The notes under the pieces were generated by a model. The model worked only from the letters and a program-made list of their open reading frames with translations, was not told the origin of the DNA and searched no databases. This document shows, one piece after another, positions 62,950-64,000 of a DNA stretch of 64,000 nucleotides (position 1 is the stretch's first letter; each line of letters starts with the position of its first letter). The stretch is from a virus: IMG/VR virus record IMGVR_UViG_3300022666_000353, positions 29,840 to 93,839 of that record; one strand, given 5' to 3'. The position numbers and the translations under genes are program-made.

Positions 62950-63837
62950 ATGACCGGAGTTGTCGAACTGGTGAATGCGTATCGCAGTCACGGTTTCACG
63001 CCCTTTCCTCTCAAGAACATGTCGAAGGAACCTGCTGCCCGCAGCCTGGCCTATGCAGAACGAGAGCGTTTCAGACCCGATAACAATATCGGGCTGTTCA
63101 CCGGCAGTCCAAACCGTCTGCTGGTGGTTGATGCTGACGAGCCGTCTGCCCGGGTATTTGTGGAGAACCGGTTGAGGGCTATCGGCCTGTTGGATTGGAC
63201 CACCCTGGTACTGACACCTAAGAGAAAGTCCTTTCACTTCTGGTTGCGTGTTGCTGATGTTCCTTCCAATGCACAGTCTTACTACAAGCTCCCAAAGTTT
63301 ATTGGTGGGGGAGAAATCAGAATACACAGGCCGGCTTACGTTGTGGCTCCGGGGAGTACATTGGTTGAAGGGCAGTACGTGTTTTATCAGGGGGGTATCG
63401 AGTTTTTCCTGAACCAGCCGCTTCTTCATTACGAAGACCTCAAGTGGTTGTTGCCAGACCATGCTATGTACGGGAGTACAGGTGTACCGGATGAACAGAA
63501 CAGTGTACGGTTTAATTTTGAGCATGTTGATAGACCTCCAATTCTGGCATTGTTCGATTATCTTCAGCGCGGGAAGGGTTCTAAAATACCGAAGGTGGAC
63601 TATAAGACCGGAGAGCGCACAGGAGACGTGTATCATTCTCGTTCTGAAGCAGAGGCCGGCTTGGTTGTTGGGTTGGTGATGGCCGGATGGTCGTTTGAAG
63701 AAATAGAGCTGGCGTTTAAACTTAGGAAGCCAGGCCATTATATGGAAGCTCCGTTGCGGCATAATTACCTGGCAGGTACGTACGCCAAAGCAACAAGGTT
63801 TGTGGCGGGTAGGAGTGGGAGTGAGCGACGAGGATAA
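62950..63837 (+). CDS. bifunctional DNA primase/polymerase (prim-pol)
   Basis: FPL...K.P, NIGL.TG, VVDAD, TP...H.W, YVVAPGS, SRSE. Confidence 0.85.
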   Translation: MTGVVELVNAYRSHGFTPFPLKNMSKEPAARSLAYAERERFRPDNNIGLFTGSPNRLLVVDADEPSARVFVENRLRAIGLLDWTTLVLTPKRKSFHFWLRVADVPSNAQSYYKLPKFIGGGEIRIHRPAYVVAPGSTLVEGQYVFYQGGIEFFLNQPLLHYEDLKWLLPDHAMYGSTGVPDEQNSVRFNFEHVDRPPILALFDYLQRGKGSKIPKVDYKTGERTGDVYHSRSEAEAGLVVGLVMAGWSFEEIELAFKLRKPGHYMEAPLRHNYLAGTYAKATRFVAGRSGSERRG

Positions 63838-64000
63838 TTTAGAGAAGCAGTTGTGGGACCTGGTGGAAGACGCTGAAACATTACTTAATGGCGGCGCGAT
63901 AGACTACGACATTTGGGTTATTGGTCTTGACGGGTGGCTCGACCGGTATCGTAGACTGTTAAAACAGCGTCAACATGAGCCTGTTGACAAGGAGTCCTAA
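63821..64000 (+). CDS. hypothetical protein
   Basis: SD GGAG before GTG; stop at the window end. Confidence 0.4.
   Translation: MSDEDNLEKQLWDLVEDAETLLNGGAIDYDIWVIGLDGWLDRYRRLLKQRQHEPVDKES

Noticed and set aside
62662-63762. 366-aa antisense ORF
   Set aside because: Shadow of the prim-pol gene, with no recognisable motifs.
1-64000. Prophage boundaries or integrase
   Set aside because: No integrase, repressor switch or host genes were seen; lifestyle cannot be determined from this window.

Overview
This window is a 64-kb slice of a tailed dsDNA phage genome (siphovirus-like: HK97-type head, long tape measure, Dit/Tal, no sheath). No integrase or host genes are visible. Positions 1-25.5 kb are transcribed mostly leftward. 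They hold small early genes (including a SAM-lyase-like protein), an MTase-Mrr fusion and a low-GC membrane-protein cassette, ThyX, class II RNR, MazG, an NT5C-DUF5664 fusion, RNase H and SSB. They also hold a ~3.8-kb RNA operon (16.5 to 12.7 kb) with tRNAs, many deformed tRNA-like RNAs, a pseudoknot-reduced tmRNA and about ten unassigned structured RNAs. Positions 25.6-64 kb are transcribed rightward: a sigma-region-4 + Zn-finger gene pair, terminase, a promoter-driven ~650-nt structured non-coding region, head/tail genes, a 2625-aa tail fibre, lysis genes and replication nucleases/prim-pol. The strongest unexplained signals are (i) the RNA operon, (ii) a non-palindromic 10-mer CGCTGTGTCC found 16 times on both strands and in several reading frames, and (iii) a conserved late-promoter motif TTTCC-N9-10-CGTTTGAAGAGT with a candidate two-part sigma/activator. 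All calls are by eye from motifs, gene order and base-pairing; no database searches were run. A monoderm host (possibly Chloroflexota) is only a guess.
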